Shown here in pieces: positions 38,301 through 48,224 of a DNA stretch of 64,000 bases; position 1 is the stretch's first letter, and the number at the start of each line of letters is the position of its first letter. The notes below the pieces were generated by a model. That model had not been told where the DNA came from. It worked only from the letters and a program-made list of their open reading frames with translations, and did no database searches. Origin of the DNA: Paraspadella gotoi. Lineage: Eukaryota > Animalia > Chaetognatha. The stretch spans positions 14,390,770-14,454,769 of the forward strand of contig CM119271.1 of assembly GCA_051294375.1 (NCBI GenBank), read 5' to 3'. The translations under genes were made by a program, and so were the position numbers.

Positions 38301-41300
38301 TGTGGCGATTCTGGCGATTATACTTCGATCTATGATACCATTCAGTGCCTCTACTCTTCCATAAACTCCAGCCTTCTCTCTGGCTCCAAGAGGCACCTTG
38401 GTTTGGTGTGCAAGTCCGTATTTAAGAGCATGATTTCTCAGCTTGAGGTCCTCATTGCGTCAAAAGCCGGTGGGGCCGCCGGTTTCATCTACTCAGAGCT
38501 TTCGGGTGATGCCGGTTCTGTTATTATTCGCCGTATGCAGAAGGTTCTTCGCCAAACCCTTACTGCTGCCCCCAAGGCCAAGCAGGGTGTTGTTTCACGT
38601 CCGCCTACACCCCTTCTGGCCCTTCCTGCTCCTTCCTCTTTTACTTCCTCCGGCGCTAAGAAAAGTTTTGACTCAGATACCGTCACTTGCTTCAAATGTG
38701 GTCTGACTGGCCATGTCGCTCGTTTCTGCCCCTCGCGCAAGTGATTTTACTTCTCCCTTTTTTTTCCCCTCTTTCTCTTAACCCCGTTCATTTCGACGCT
38801 GTTCCTGTAGCGGGTTTGCCGCGGACATTTTACGTGTTTTTGTCGATGTTCTCTCTTTTACAGATAGTTTAAGTGTCCATCGCCGGCTTTCGGGATTTAA
38901 TCACTTAGGTGAGCCCATTGCGTATGGTGTAATACGGTTGGCTTGTCTGTAGATTGTTGCAGCATACCTCTTCCCCTTATTCCTGTCCGCTTTTCCTCCC
39001 CCTTCCTCCCTAGCTTCAGGCCCCCTCCTCCCTGCTTCCCCGTGTCGGTTGTTTACCACCGGACTCCCCACTTTTGTTTTCCTTCTCACTTTTGTTTCCC
39101 CCTCCCCTCTGGCCACCCCAGGTTGGTGATCCTCCACCTGGCTTCCCCCTCTTGTCTCCCTTTTATCCTTCTTCTTTTCTTATTGTTCCCGCCCCTCTGG
39201 CTACCCCAGGTTGGTGACCCTCCACCTGGCTCCCCCCTCTTGTCTACCCTTTTATCCTTTTTGTTTTCTCTTTGTTTCCCTTCCCCTCTGGCTACCCCAG
39301 GTTGGTGACCCTCCACCTGGCTCCCCCCTCTTATCCACCCTTTTATCTTTCTTCTTTCTTTTGTTTCCCTTCCCCTCTGGCTACCCAGGTTGGTGACCCT
39401 CCACCTGGCCCCCCCCCCTTGTTCCTTCCTTCTTTCAGCAGCGCAGCCCCCTTCCCGTTTCATGTTCATTCACTCATTCTCGTCTCTTTTTCACAGGATT
39501 TTGAATTGTTTCTTCGCCTTCGCTCCCGCGTCCCTTGGTGCCTGACATCGGTTGTGACCCCTCCTCAGTCCTGGAGTCTCCTCATGCTCCTTCTTGGGTC
39601 GATTTGCTCGGCTGCCCTGCTTCTCCTCCCGACTTTTTCTCTCTACCCTCCCCCGACGAAGTTCTTTCTGGCTCGGCTTCCCCCAACCTTGAAGGGATCC
39701 GAGTCAGGAGCGCGGAATCATTCGCATGTGCCAATATTCATCGCTTCAGAAATACATGGGATACATTTATGGCTGGTTTACAGGGTTATGATATCATCCG
39801 CCCTTGATCCACGAGGGTGTCCACATCCCCTCCTTCTTTCAACACTATACAGGCGTTTTTAATAACAGACATTTTGACTCGGACATTCCTCCTCCAATGT
39901 ATTTTCAGAACGCCCCCATCTGCGCAGATTTCTCGGATTTTGTTTCTCAGACGATTTTAAAACGTCTCCAAGAGGGCAGTGTCAAGTGTCTGGGGAAATT
40001 GGGTTCTGTTCCCCCACCAAGGGTCATTAATGCCCTTTCCGTGGAGCCCACCAAGCCCCGCCTCATCCTTTCCATGAGAGCTGTCAACCTATTTTGCAAG
40101 GACACCCCTTTCCAGCTCACCCCTCTCTCAGACATTGTCCGGAGTATACCGAAAGGTTCATTCATGTCCAGTCTTGATGAGGTTCAGGGTTATAAGCATG
40201 TCGCGCTCACCCCCGAATCCTACGAATTTTGCGGATTTGAGTGGGCCGGTTGGTTTTTTTGCGACACCACTCTCCCTTTTGGCTGGAAAAACAGCGCTTA
40301 TGTGTTCCAGTCCGTGGGTGATATGGTCTCTAAATACCTCAGGAAGCGTAGCATCAATACTTATCTCTGGATAGATGACAGGTTCATTGGTTTGGCTCCC
40401 CGCCTTGCTTCTCTCACTAATGATTCTTATCAGAATCAGTCCACTCGTGCAACATATGTGACTCTGTACGTCACCGCTCGACTGGGTTATTTCATATCTG
40501 CCTCCAAGAGCCAAGCATTCCCATCACAAGACTTGGTCCACCTTGGTTTTGGAATCGACAGTGCTTCTGCTTCCCTTTACTTTCCCGAAAAGTTGCGTCG
40601 CAAATTCCGCACCTTGAGGAACCGCCTTTTGTCTGAAGGCGAGGCCACTGAGCACGACATCCAGTCCTTCGTCGGGAAGTGCAACGGCTTGAGGATTGTC
40701 TTTCCTGCCGTCTCTCTTTTCACTGCCCACTGCCGTAGACTGCTGCCGTCCTTGTCTGACCACCCCTCCTCCCTGCCCTCCGATGTTCTGGAGGAGATAC
40801 GTTTTTGGACATTTGTGGACTCTTTCACCGAACAGTTTCCCTTTCGTCTACACCGCCACTTGCGCCTTAGCCTGGCCACTGATGCTTCCTGTCACGCTTG
40901 GGGTGCGCGCATAGACCTGCCTTCTGGCCCTTTAACTCTCCGGGATTACTGGCGCCCTCAGTTTGCTGAACACGATATTTGTGTCAAGGAAGCCCTGGCA
41001 GTGTTTTTTGCCCTTCAGTCTGTCTCAGCTCACATTCAGGATCGCCGGGTGGACATCCTTGTCGACAATGAGGGTCTTTCGCTCGCTTGGTCGAGCCTCC
41101 GCTCTTCCTCGCTGACTCTCTCTGGGGTCTTGCGCTCCATTGCACTTCTTTGCCTGGATTTTAATGCCTCCCTCAGACTCATCTGGATCCCTTCTGCTGA
41201 CAACCCTGCCGATGCGCCTTCCAGGGTTCTGGATCGCTCGGATTCTCGTCTCTCTGATCGCTTACGCCAGGTCANNNNNNNNNNCTTTGGTCCCCTCTCT

Positions 41301-44300
41301 TTTGACCTGATGGCCCTCCCTTCAAACGTGTTCATTTCTCCCTCAGGCTCCCCCCTTCCCTTTTTCTCCCCTTCCCCTTCTCCAGGTTCTTGCGGGTTTG
41401 ACGTTTTCTCTCAGTCCCCGCCCCGGGGCCTGCTTTACTGTTTCCCCCCTTTTCTTTTGATCCCTGCTCTTCTGGGTCTTCTGTCAGAGTGGGGTGCTGT
41501 TGAGGCCGTTCTCATCTTTCCCCGTCACTCCTCTTCCATTTCGGGTTGGTTCCACCTTTTTCAACCTTTCATATCTTCTGAGCTCACTCTTTGCTCCCCA
41601 ACTGATGTCGGCTCCATTCTCTCCCCTACTTCTAAGGGTTTTGTCCCCAACCGTTTTCCTTTGGGTTTTGAGCTGGTAGCTTACAGGTGCAGTTTCCCTC
41701 CCAATCCCTCCCCGCTCCCTCCTCTCTCCTCCCCTTTGGGTTGCTCCAGGGTTCTTATAGTATCCGACTCAGTCTTCCGCCCCCTCACTGGCTTCCGATG
41801 GCCGCCCTCATTGGCTGTCACACTCTCTTGCATATCTGGGGGTTCGCTCGCTGATGTCACTCGACGTGCCTCCACTGCCTCTCGGTCTGCGGCCTTTGAC
41901 CTCTGCCTGATTCATGGTGGCATCAATGACGTCTCCAGATGCTCTGGTGATGATTTTGACCGCTCCTTTAGGGCTTCTGCCAGACTGCTAGCGGGGTTTT
42001 TCTCCGCTGCCCCTCCAGCCCCTCGGATCGTGNNNNNNNNNNTATGCCAATCTGCGCGTCCTTCGTTCAACCCCAGGGTCGCCTTGGCCAACGCTGTTCT
42101 GCGGGAGCTATGCTCTGAGTCTGGTTGGATTTTTCTCTCCAACGACAACGTANNNNNNNNNNATTTGCGTGATGACGTTCACCTTAATGCCGCAGGTGTT
42201 GCGAAAGTCTGCCATTCGCTCATTCTGTCCATTAATAAGGCGCTCGGGCCTCCCACTGGTATCCACTAATGTTTTCATCTCCCNNNNNNNNNNCCCCCCC
42301 CGCATGTCTCTTTTCAGTTGGATGGTTTCTACTCCCGACAGAGCGCCCTACTTGTGGGTGTCGATGGATCCCACTATGAGACACAAAAAGCCAAGCTTGT
42401 TTCGGATTTTGAGACTTTCCTCCGAGAATCGTCCTTGTTACATCCTCCGCTCACAACCTCCCCTTCCATGCTCCTTGCCACCCCGGAGGATGTCTGCAAG
42501 TTTATTTTTTCACGTGATTCCCGTGGACGCACTCAAGTTCACGTACACGGTTGCCCCAACCTTGGTCTCCACGGATCCTTTAGTTGTGGGTGTCCTGTTC
42601 ATTTAGCCGCTGGAACCATCGACNNNNNNNNNNNNNNNNNNNNNNCTGCCTTCAACAATATTGGGAGGGTATCCACTTACAGCCCTTTGGACCCTTCCTC
42701 CAATCCTTGCGCCTCCCCTCTTGTCAAGAAATGGATAAAAGCAACCTCCCTCGAGCAACGGGCAGCAAAAGTCACACCGTTGCAAGCCCCACCTATTTTC
42801 TCCACTCAGCTTCGCCTTATAATCTCCGAAATATCTCGCAAGATCTCTGAACTTCCTGCTTCCGCTCCTTTTCTGCCGGACAAGTTTGTGTTCTACAGAG
42901 ACAGAGCCTTTTTCCTCTGTCAGTGGTTCTCGGGAGATCGAGCCGGTGATCTCGGGCGCGCCATAGGCAAGGAAGTTTCCCGTCTCAACTGTGGCTCCCT
43001 CCTTTTCAATCACACCCTCGGCAAAACAATTCGTCAATCTGATGGCGATCTCCTCATTGTTCCCGTCATTCCAGAGGAGCCCTTACTTTGTCCTGTTTCT
43101 GCTCTAACAAGTTTTGTTGACTTATGTAAACAACACGAATTGGATGTCATAAATGGCTTCCTTTTCAGACCCACGAAACCTCCACGCCATGATTCGGTCC
43201 AAAATTCCCCTTTTACTTCTTACAATGCCACTAAACGCCTCAGGAAATACCTCCCGGAAGACTGTGCCCCTTTGACCGCCCACGGTTCGCGTGCTGGTTG
43301 CGCTATCACCCTTCTTATGCTTGGGTCCTCCTCAGAGGAGGTCATGCAGCATTGCCGTTGGGCCTCACACAGAGTTTTCACTCATTATACCAAGCTTCAT
43401 AAAGTTTTGTCCTCTTCAAACACCTCTGACTCGNNNNNNNNNNCCCTCCTTCCCGGTGCCACCAGTTCCTGCCCTGCTGACGACGCTGCCTTCCTTTACA
43501 CTTCCTTGAACTCTGGACTCCATCATTCCCCGGCCTTCTGATCTCCTTTCTGTTTCTCTTGACGCCATTGGCCTCAGGTAGTCCCATGTCCGTTTTGTTT
43601 TAGTTTCGGGTTTGGTTTGAGTTTCGGGTGGTTTAAGGTACGGGTTGGTTTTGGGGGTCCCCTGTATGTCCGTGATCTGTAGTGGTTGGGTCGACCCGGG
43701 CTCCTGGCCCCGACTCTAACTCTACGGCTTCCCGCGGGGTGCTGCAGGCAGAATAAGGTAACTATTCTGCCTGCAGGACTTCGCGGGATGCCTCAAGGTG
43801 AGTCTTTTGCTCACAAGGGTAGGTGGGAGAGGCTTGCTGCTGCCGGAAATGGTGCTTGATGTCGTTTGTCCGTAGTATGATGCCGTGAGTCCCAGTGGTT
43901 CGGGTACTAACTACCCCACCCCCCCTCCCCTTTTTTATTTTTCGGTGCTGCTTCGCTCCGCCCGCCGTGTTGTGGTTCATTCGTCTCTTTCGTCGCCCCT
44001 TGCCTCCTGGCCCCGACTCTAACTCTACGGCTTCCCGCGGGGTGCTGCAGGCAGAATAAGGTAACTATTTGATCGTCGATCTGCTCAAGCCACCAAATCA
44101 TGCCTTTGAAGAATCTTTGGACTACCGAAGCATCTCGCCGGGGTTGAGGAGTTTCCTCAAATATTCTTCGAATATTCTCGGGGGCGTTTTAGGAGGACGG
44201 ACCGGGGGGTCCTAACAAAACCTTTGAAAAACAATACTCCAGCCCATGTAAAAGGTGGGAATATTAAAATTTCTTAATCTTATCACAACACTATATAAGC

Positions 44301-44572
44301 AAATTAGAAAGAGGCTCAATTGTATTTGCAAATTAACCACAAATTACTAAGATCCACTCTACCTTAACACTGCTCTGCATCTGCAGCAGCATGCAGAACA
44401 AAGTCTTGACGCTCTGCGCGTCGACGTCCTTTAATTTTCCGTTGAAGACGAGATCGGCGGACAGGGTTCCGTTCCAGGCTTGAGAGGCGACGGGGTCGTC
44501 GTCGTTTTTGATATGAAGTGGGGACGTAGAAGTTTCGACGAAGGGCGTTGGAGGCGTCGTCGTCGACGCCAT
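35344..44572 (-). CDS. C2H2 zinc-finger protein (N-terminal coiled coil, 3 C-terminal fingers); intron 1 holds the retrotransposon
   Basis: Exon 1 (44572-44363, ...QMQSSVK, phase 0) joins exon 2 at 37159 (GIQANVSDLENRVTQLEK...) in frame. The fingers are CNVC..HTKSIH, CNDC|..HKKCIH and CKFC..HVHKEH. Middle exons are approximate. Confidence 0.75.
37177..37260. repeat. 42-bp tandem duplication
   Basis: gggagggacatggaacacggatatggaaatgaa..cgtaaat occurs twice. Confidence 0.9.
37563..38744 (+). CDS. Gag-like ORF1 with C-terminal CCHC zinc knuckle, split by a 66-nt GT-AG intron
   Basis: CFKCGLTGHVARFC. Removing 38181-38246 (GTAAGC...CTCACTGTAG) fuses ORFs 37563..38246 and 38250..38744 in frame. 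Confidence 0.8.
39085..39420 (+). repeat. ~88-bp tandem repeat x4 inside the retrotransposon, between gag and pol
   Basis: Core ccctctggctaccccaggttggtgaccctccacctggc separated by pyrimidine tracts. Confidence 0.9.
39535..42269 (+). CDS. Pol: reverse transcriptase + RNase H + adenine-methyltransferase-like + SGNH hydrolase (frameshift near 39804)
   Basis: RT motifs LDEVQGYKHV, LPFGW and WIDDR. RNase H motifs TDAS, KEALAV, VDNE and NPADAPSR. MT-like motifs DLMALPSN, DVFSQ and YCFPPF. SGNH motifs SDS, SGG, HGGIND and DDVHLN. ORF 39535..39807 (FACANIHRFRNTW) looks like the pol N-terminus in another frame. Confidence 0.92.
42318..43541 (+). CDS. Tyrosine recombinase with N-terminal ALOG domain
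   Basis: ALOG signature DSRGRTQVHVHGC...CGCPVHLAAGTID and NPCASPLVKKWIK. Catalytic residues R (DRAGDL), K (GKT), HxxR (HGSR), W (CRW) and Y (FTHY) are present. Confidence 0.93.
   Translation: MDGFYSRQSALLVGVDGSHYETQKAKLVSDFETFLRESSLLHPPLTTSPSMLLATPEDVCKFIFSRDSRGRTQVHVHGCPNLGLHGSFSCGCPVHLAAGTIDXXXXXXXXAFNNIGRVSTYSPLDPSSNPCASPLVKKWIKATSLEQRAAKVTPLQAPPIFSTQLRLIISEISRKISELPASAPFLPDKFVFYRDRAFFLCQWFSGDRAGDLGRAIGKEVSRLNCGSLLFNHTLGKTIRQSDGDLLIVPVIPEEPLLCPVSALTSFVDLCKQHELDVINGFLFRPTKPPRHDSVQNSPFTSYNATKRLRKYLPEDCAPLTAHGSRAGCAITLLMLGSSSEEVMQHCRWASHRVFTHYTKLHKVLSSSNTSDSXXXXLLPGATSSCPADDAAFLYTSLNSGLHHSPAF
43742..43776. other. loxP-like recombination site at the B1/A2 junction: 14-bp arm, 7-bp spacer, 14-bp inverted arm
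   Basis: CTGCAGGCAGAATA-AGGTAAC-TATTCTGCCTGCAG with perfect inverted arms. Half-sites recur at both element ends. Confidence 0.85.
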
Positions 44573-45880
44573 AATTGCCTTAGAGATCGCTCGCCGATCA
44601 ACGAAGAAGTTGGGAAGAAAGAGAACGACTCAACGAGCCGCTGGAAAAATTCCGATCGGACGTTTAAAAAAAAAGAAGAGGCGGCGAGGCGAGGCTGGTT
44701 TGTCGGCGAGATTGGAGTCGTTTATTCGACGTTGGAGATTTATAGCATAGCACTTTGCGATATAAAGAGAAAAAAAATCTTTGGCCGAAATGGGCTTAGC
44801 ACAGCGTCGTAAATGTTAGTGTATAAAGTTAGTCATTAAATAAAATAAAGGCAAACGCATTCGATTGTAGTAAAATGACTAGAAATCGATCGCAACAAAA
44901 TTCGCTTTTCGGTTTTTTTTTTATGATTTGATTATTTTACGTATTTTTAATTCGTCTCTTATTAGCGCGCGCATCAAATTTTTGTGTGGTTTTTTTTTAA
45001 ATAATATAATTTAACTTAAGGCGACGTTTAGGTTTAAAGTCACGGAAATTACAAGAGACGTGAGACGATACGTCTTTTGTTTTTTTGTTTTTTTTTTGTG
45101 GTTTCGTTTTCGTTTCCTTCAAGGAAAACTCGCGTTTCGTATCCCCATCGGGCAGTGTTGTTTTTTTAAATTTTTGGGTTTAGTGTTTACTTTAAAAAGT
45201 AAATAATAAATAGTAGGACAAAATATAGATAAATAATGACTATGGTAAAATAGGACTACGGGTACTATCTAAACACAAGAAATCAAGGAACACGAAATTA
45301 CTTAAAAACGGAAAAGCAACGGGATTACGTACACACGCAGAAAATAAAGAATATAAATATCCGATTTTAACTTTTAAAAAATATTTAAATTAAAAATTGA
45401 CTTTTCTAATACGACAAAACTAAGCGTATCACAAAAGACCAAAATTAGAGACCGACATAAAAAATATGTTGATTCTCAATTTTACTTAGCAAATTTCGAA
45501 AAAAAATATCAAAAAATTAAGAATGAGAAGATAATAAAATACATGCAAGACACATTGTAAGCCGATTGAACAGGTCTTGTCAGAAATATGATCTATATTA
45601 TTTTATTACTAAGTACTACGCAACTAAGACGAAACTACGGATAATGTTTGAAAAACCGGCTTAGAGCAGTAGTGAAGTTTATATATAATATATAGAGATA
45701 ATCTCGGACCCTTATAGTTATAAATCCATTAATAACCAAATATCAAAATATAAAAAGGGTCTTGACTAGAGCGCAACTAAACACAAAATAATCAATAATC
45801 ATGATATGGCGATGCAGACCATCGATCTCATAAGCTCTTTCCTTTTTTGGGGGGGCCTTCGCGACGCCGTGGCGCATTTT

Positions 45881-47960
45881 TCACGAGGCCGACGACGCCG
45901 GAGAAAGACTGGCCGTCCCGGCGCCGGATGAGGTGCTGGTGCCGCTGGAACTGGCGTCGGTGCCGCGCGGCGACCCGATCAAAGGCTTCATGTCCGTCTG
46001 TGCGTCTAGGGCGTTGGCGGACGTCACCGGCGCGGTGGAGGTGGCGCCGCCGGACAGCAAATTGTTTGCGGAGGAGGAAGATGAGTTATTCAGCCAAGGG
46101 TAGACGCTAGAATTCTGAAAGGAATTCGGCATAAAAATAGTCAGACAAGAACTCGAAAAAGCATACAGTAGTCCAGTACTATATTTGACTACAAACCGGA
46201 GTCTCTCCACTTTCCGATGATTGACCGAGTGGGTTGAGTCCGCCTCCGGCGCTTCCGGATCCGCCGGCGCCCGCGGGGACGGAGGTGGATTGGGAGACGA
46301 GGGGATCGAACTGATTGTTCTCCAGTCGAGAGATCAGCCTTGAGGAAAGAGAAGAATGTCGACAAGAAAAGACGAAAGACAATTCGCCCTAGAATCGAGG
46401 AACTCACCTCTCATCCTCGATGCCGAACTCGCCTCCCATCAGCGAGGGTTCTCCCACCACCATGACGTCGGAATTTAAGCCCATGGGAAAGTTGGGCGGA
46501 CCTGGACTTTGCATGCCCGGGGATGAGGCGCCCTTTGAGGTGAAAAGAAGGAACCATAGTCAATCGTCATCATGAATTAATGATACAATCACAAATTAAA
46601 ATGTATTATTATTGAGACTGACCTTTTTCCCTTTGGCCTTTCCCGCGCCTTCGGGCCCAATCTGCGCCGAGTTCTTTCTCTTTCGTCGCTTCGCAGGATT
46701 TCTGTAGAGAGAGACAAGGTAAGTTTCGTTAACGATAATGTGACATCCGACAAATAAAAATTAGTGGAAGTGATAAAAACAAAGAGCCTTCTTTACTCAC
46801 CGATTGTGATCGGGCGTGGCGACCATTCTTTGCCACTTTTGAAAGAGCGTCGTTTTGAGACAATCGCGTGGATTGAGCGCGTATGCTTTGTGCCGGCTCA
46901 TCAACTCCTGCGAAGGTCAAAGATTAAAGAGCTGGAATCTCATAACTGTTTGCGAAATGAGTTCCATCGGGCGTCACCTGCATCGGTTCCAGAATGACGC
47001 ACAATCGGAGATAATTGAGGGTGTAGTTGGTAAGTCCTTGCCGGGTGATGTTCTTGGACATCTCCTCCATGAGTGCCGGACCCGTGGGACAAGTGGACAA
47101 GGAGTTCCGCTGGACGAATTCGTTGTGGCATCTGAAGTCGCGACAAACGAAACGAATGCAGTTTTGAAGGTGACGGATATCTTTATCACAACTCCTTAAA
47201 TAAAAGTGGATAGCTTTATGGATCGTCAGCTGACTGTGAATGTTCACCTGACTGTGAAGTGCCACTTTCGGATCCTCATGAGGTCGTCGAAGGTGAATTC
47301 GATTGTGAGGCGACCATCGGTGCAGACTTTGGTGAAGGTCCGCTTTCCATGATGCGTTGTCATCGTCGTTTGATCACAATCTTTTACGAATTGGGGGGAA
47401 GATAGAGAGAGGGGAGAGAGAGTGTCACAAAATTCAAATATTGCTAAAACAATTAGATAAATGAAACTTGACCAACAGCGGAAAAGTCAGTCTCACCGAG
47501 AGTGATCGTTGTGTTGTGAAAAGATTCTCGCGGATGTTTGAGAGTAAAGTACAAGTCAGTTACGCCCCCTTCGAAAATTGACCGGAAGTAGCGAGGAATG
47601 AGCGTTCTGAGAATAAGCAGAACGAGGTAATATGAGCGAGAAATAAGTGAGGAAAAACGAAAATAATAAAGAAGCCATCAGCTCTCTCACCTTCCTATGG
47701 TATATCGCTTGGGACCGTCTTCCAGGCAGAAAGACAGAGTCAACGTCGCGTTGTCTTCGAAAAACTCTGTAGCGAACGCGTCCCACCTACGAAAAAAAGG
47801 TCAGTTCGGTCAACGACTGAGTCAAACGCGCAAAAACCGTGGATCCCCTTTCTGATCGAACTTACCAAAGATTGTCGCTCTCGTCGCATCGCTGCTGCAG
47901 GCGACGGTTAAGTTCGTGAATGCGGTAATCAGGCTGAGCCATCACCGCCTGGCTCGGCAT
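45881..47960 (-). CDS. LDB: LIM domain-binding protein (LDB1/2, Chip)
   Basis: PDYRIHELNRRLQQR..NLW|WDAFATEFFED; LEDGPKRYTIG|RTLIPRYFRSIFEGGV; MSKNITRQGLTNYTLNYLRLCVILEPMQ; NLS KRRKRK; LID DVMVVGEPSLMGGEFGIEDER|LISRLEN. Confidence 0.95.
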
Positions 47961-48224
47961 TTTTTAGTTTTTATTAATGCGATGATGAAGGAATAAAAAG
48001 TCCATAAAGCTACGAAATCAGCGGGCATCCATGCGAAATATCAATCCCGTCAATTCCGTCTTAAAAACGAACAATAAAGATCGACTGGTAAGTCCAATGT
48101 CTCTTTTTTTAATTTTTAACAACGAAAACCAACATGTATCACTAAATAAGCCCCTCATTATCCAAAGCCGAATTTCTATCTAAGCCTAAGGCGGATCGAC
48201 ATTATTGATAAAGTCTAGTCATCA

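Larger units (their letters stand above)
37345..44069 (+). mobile_element. Tyrosine-recombinase retrotransposon (DIRS order, Ngaro/PAT-type split direct repeats, ALOG-YR class)
   Basis: Repeat order is A1 (37345-37399), ORFs, B1 (43701-43762), A2 (43761-43814), B2 (44004-44065). It carries gag, pol and YR ORFs. Confidence 0.95.
37279..44217. mobile_element. Small TGT...ACA element (Ginger-like MITE or solo LTR; ~220 bp when empty) hosting the YR retrotransposon
   Basis: 25-bp TIRs with one mismatch at 37279-37303 and 44193-44217. The 4-bp TSD AAAC lies at 37275-37278 and 44218-44221. Confidence 0.85.

Noticed and set aside
42259-42317. Short intron fusing pol directly to YR
   Set aside because: The donor is phase 1 while the YR frame needs phase 0, so the fusion would be out of frame.
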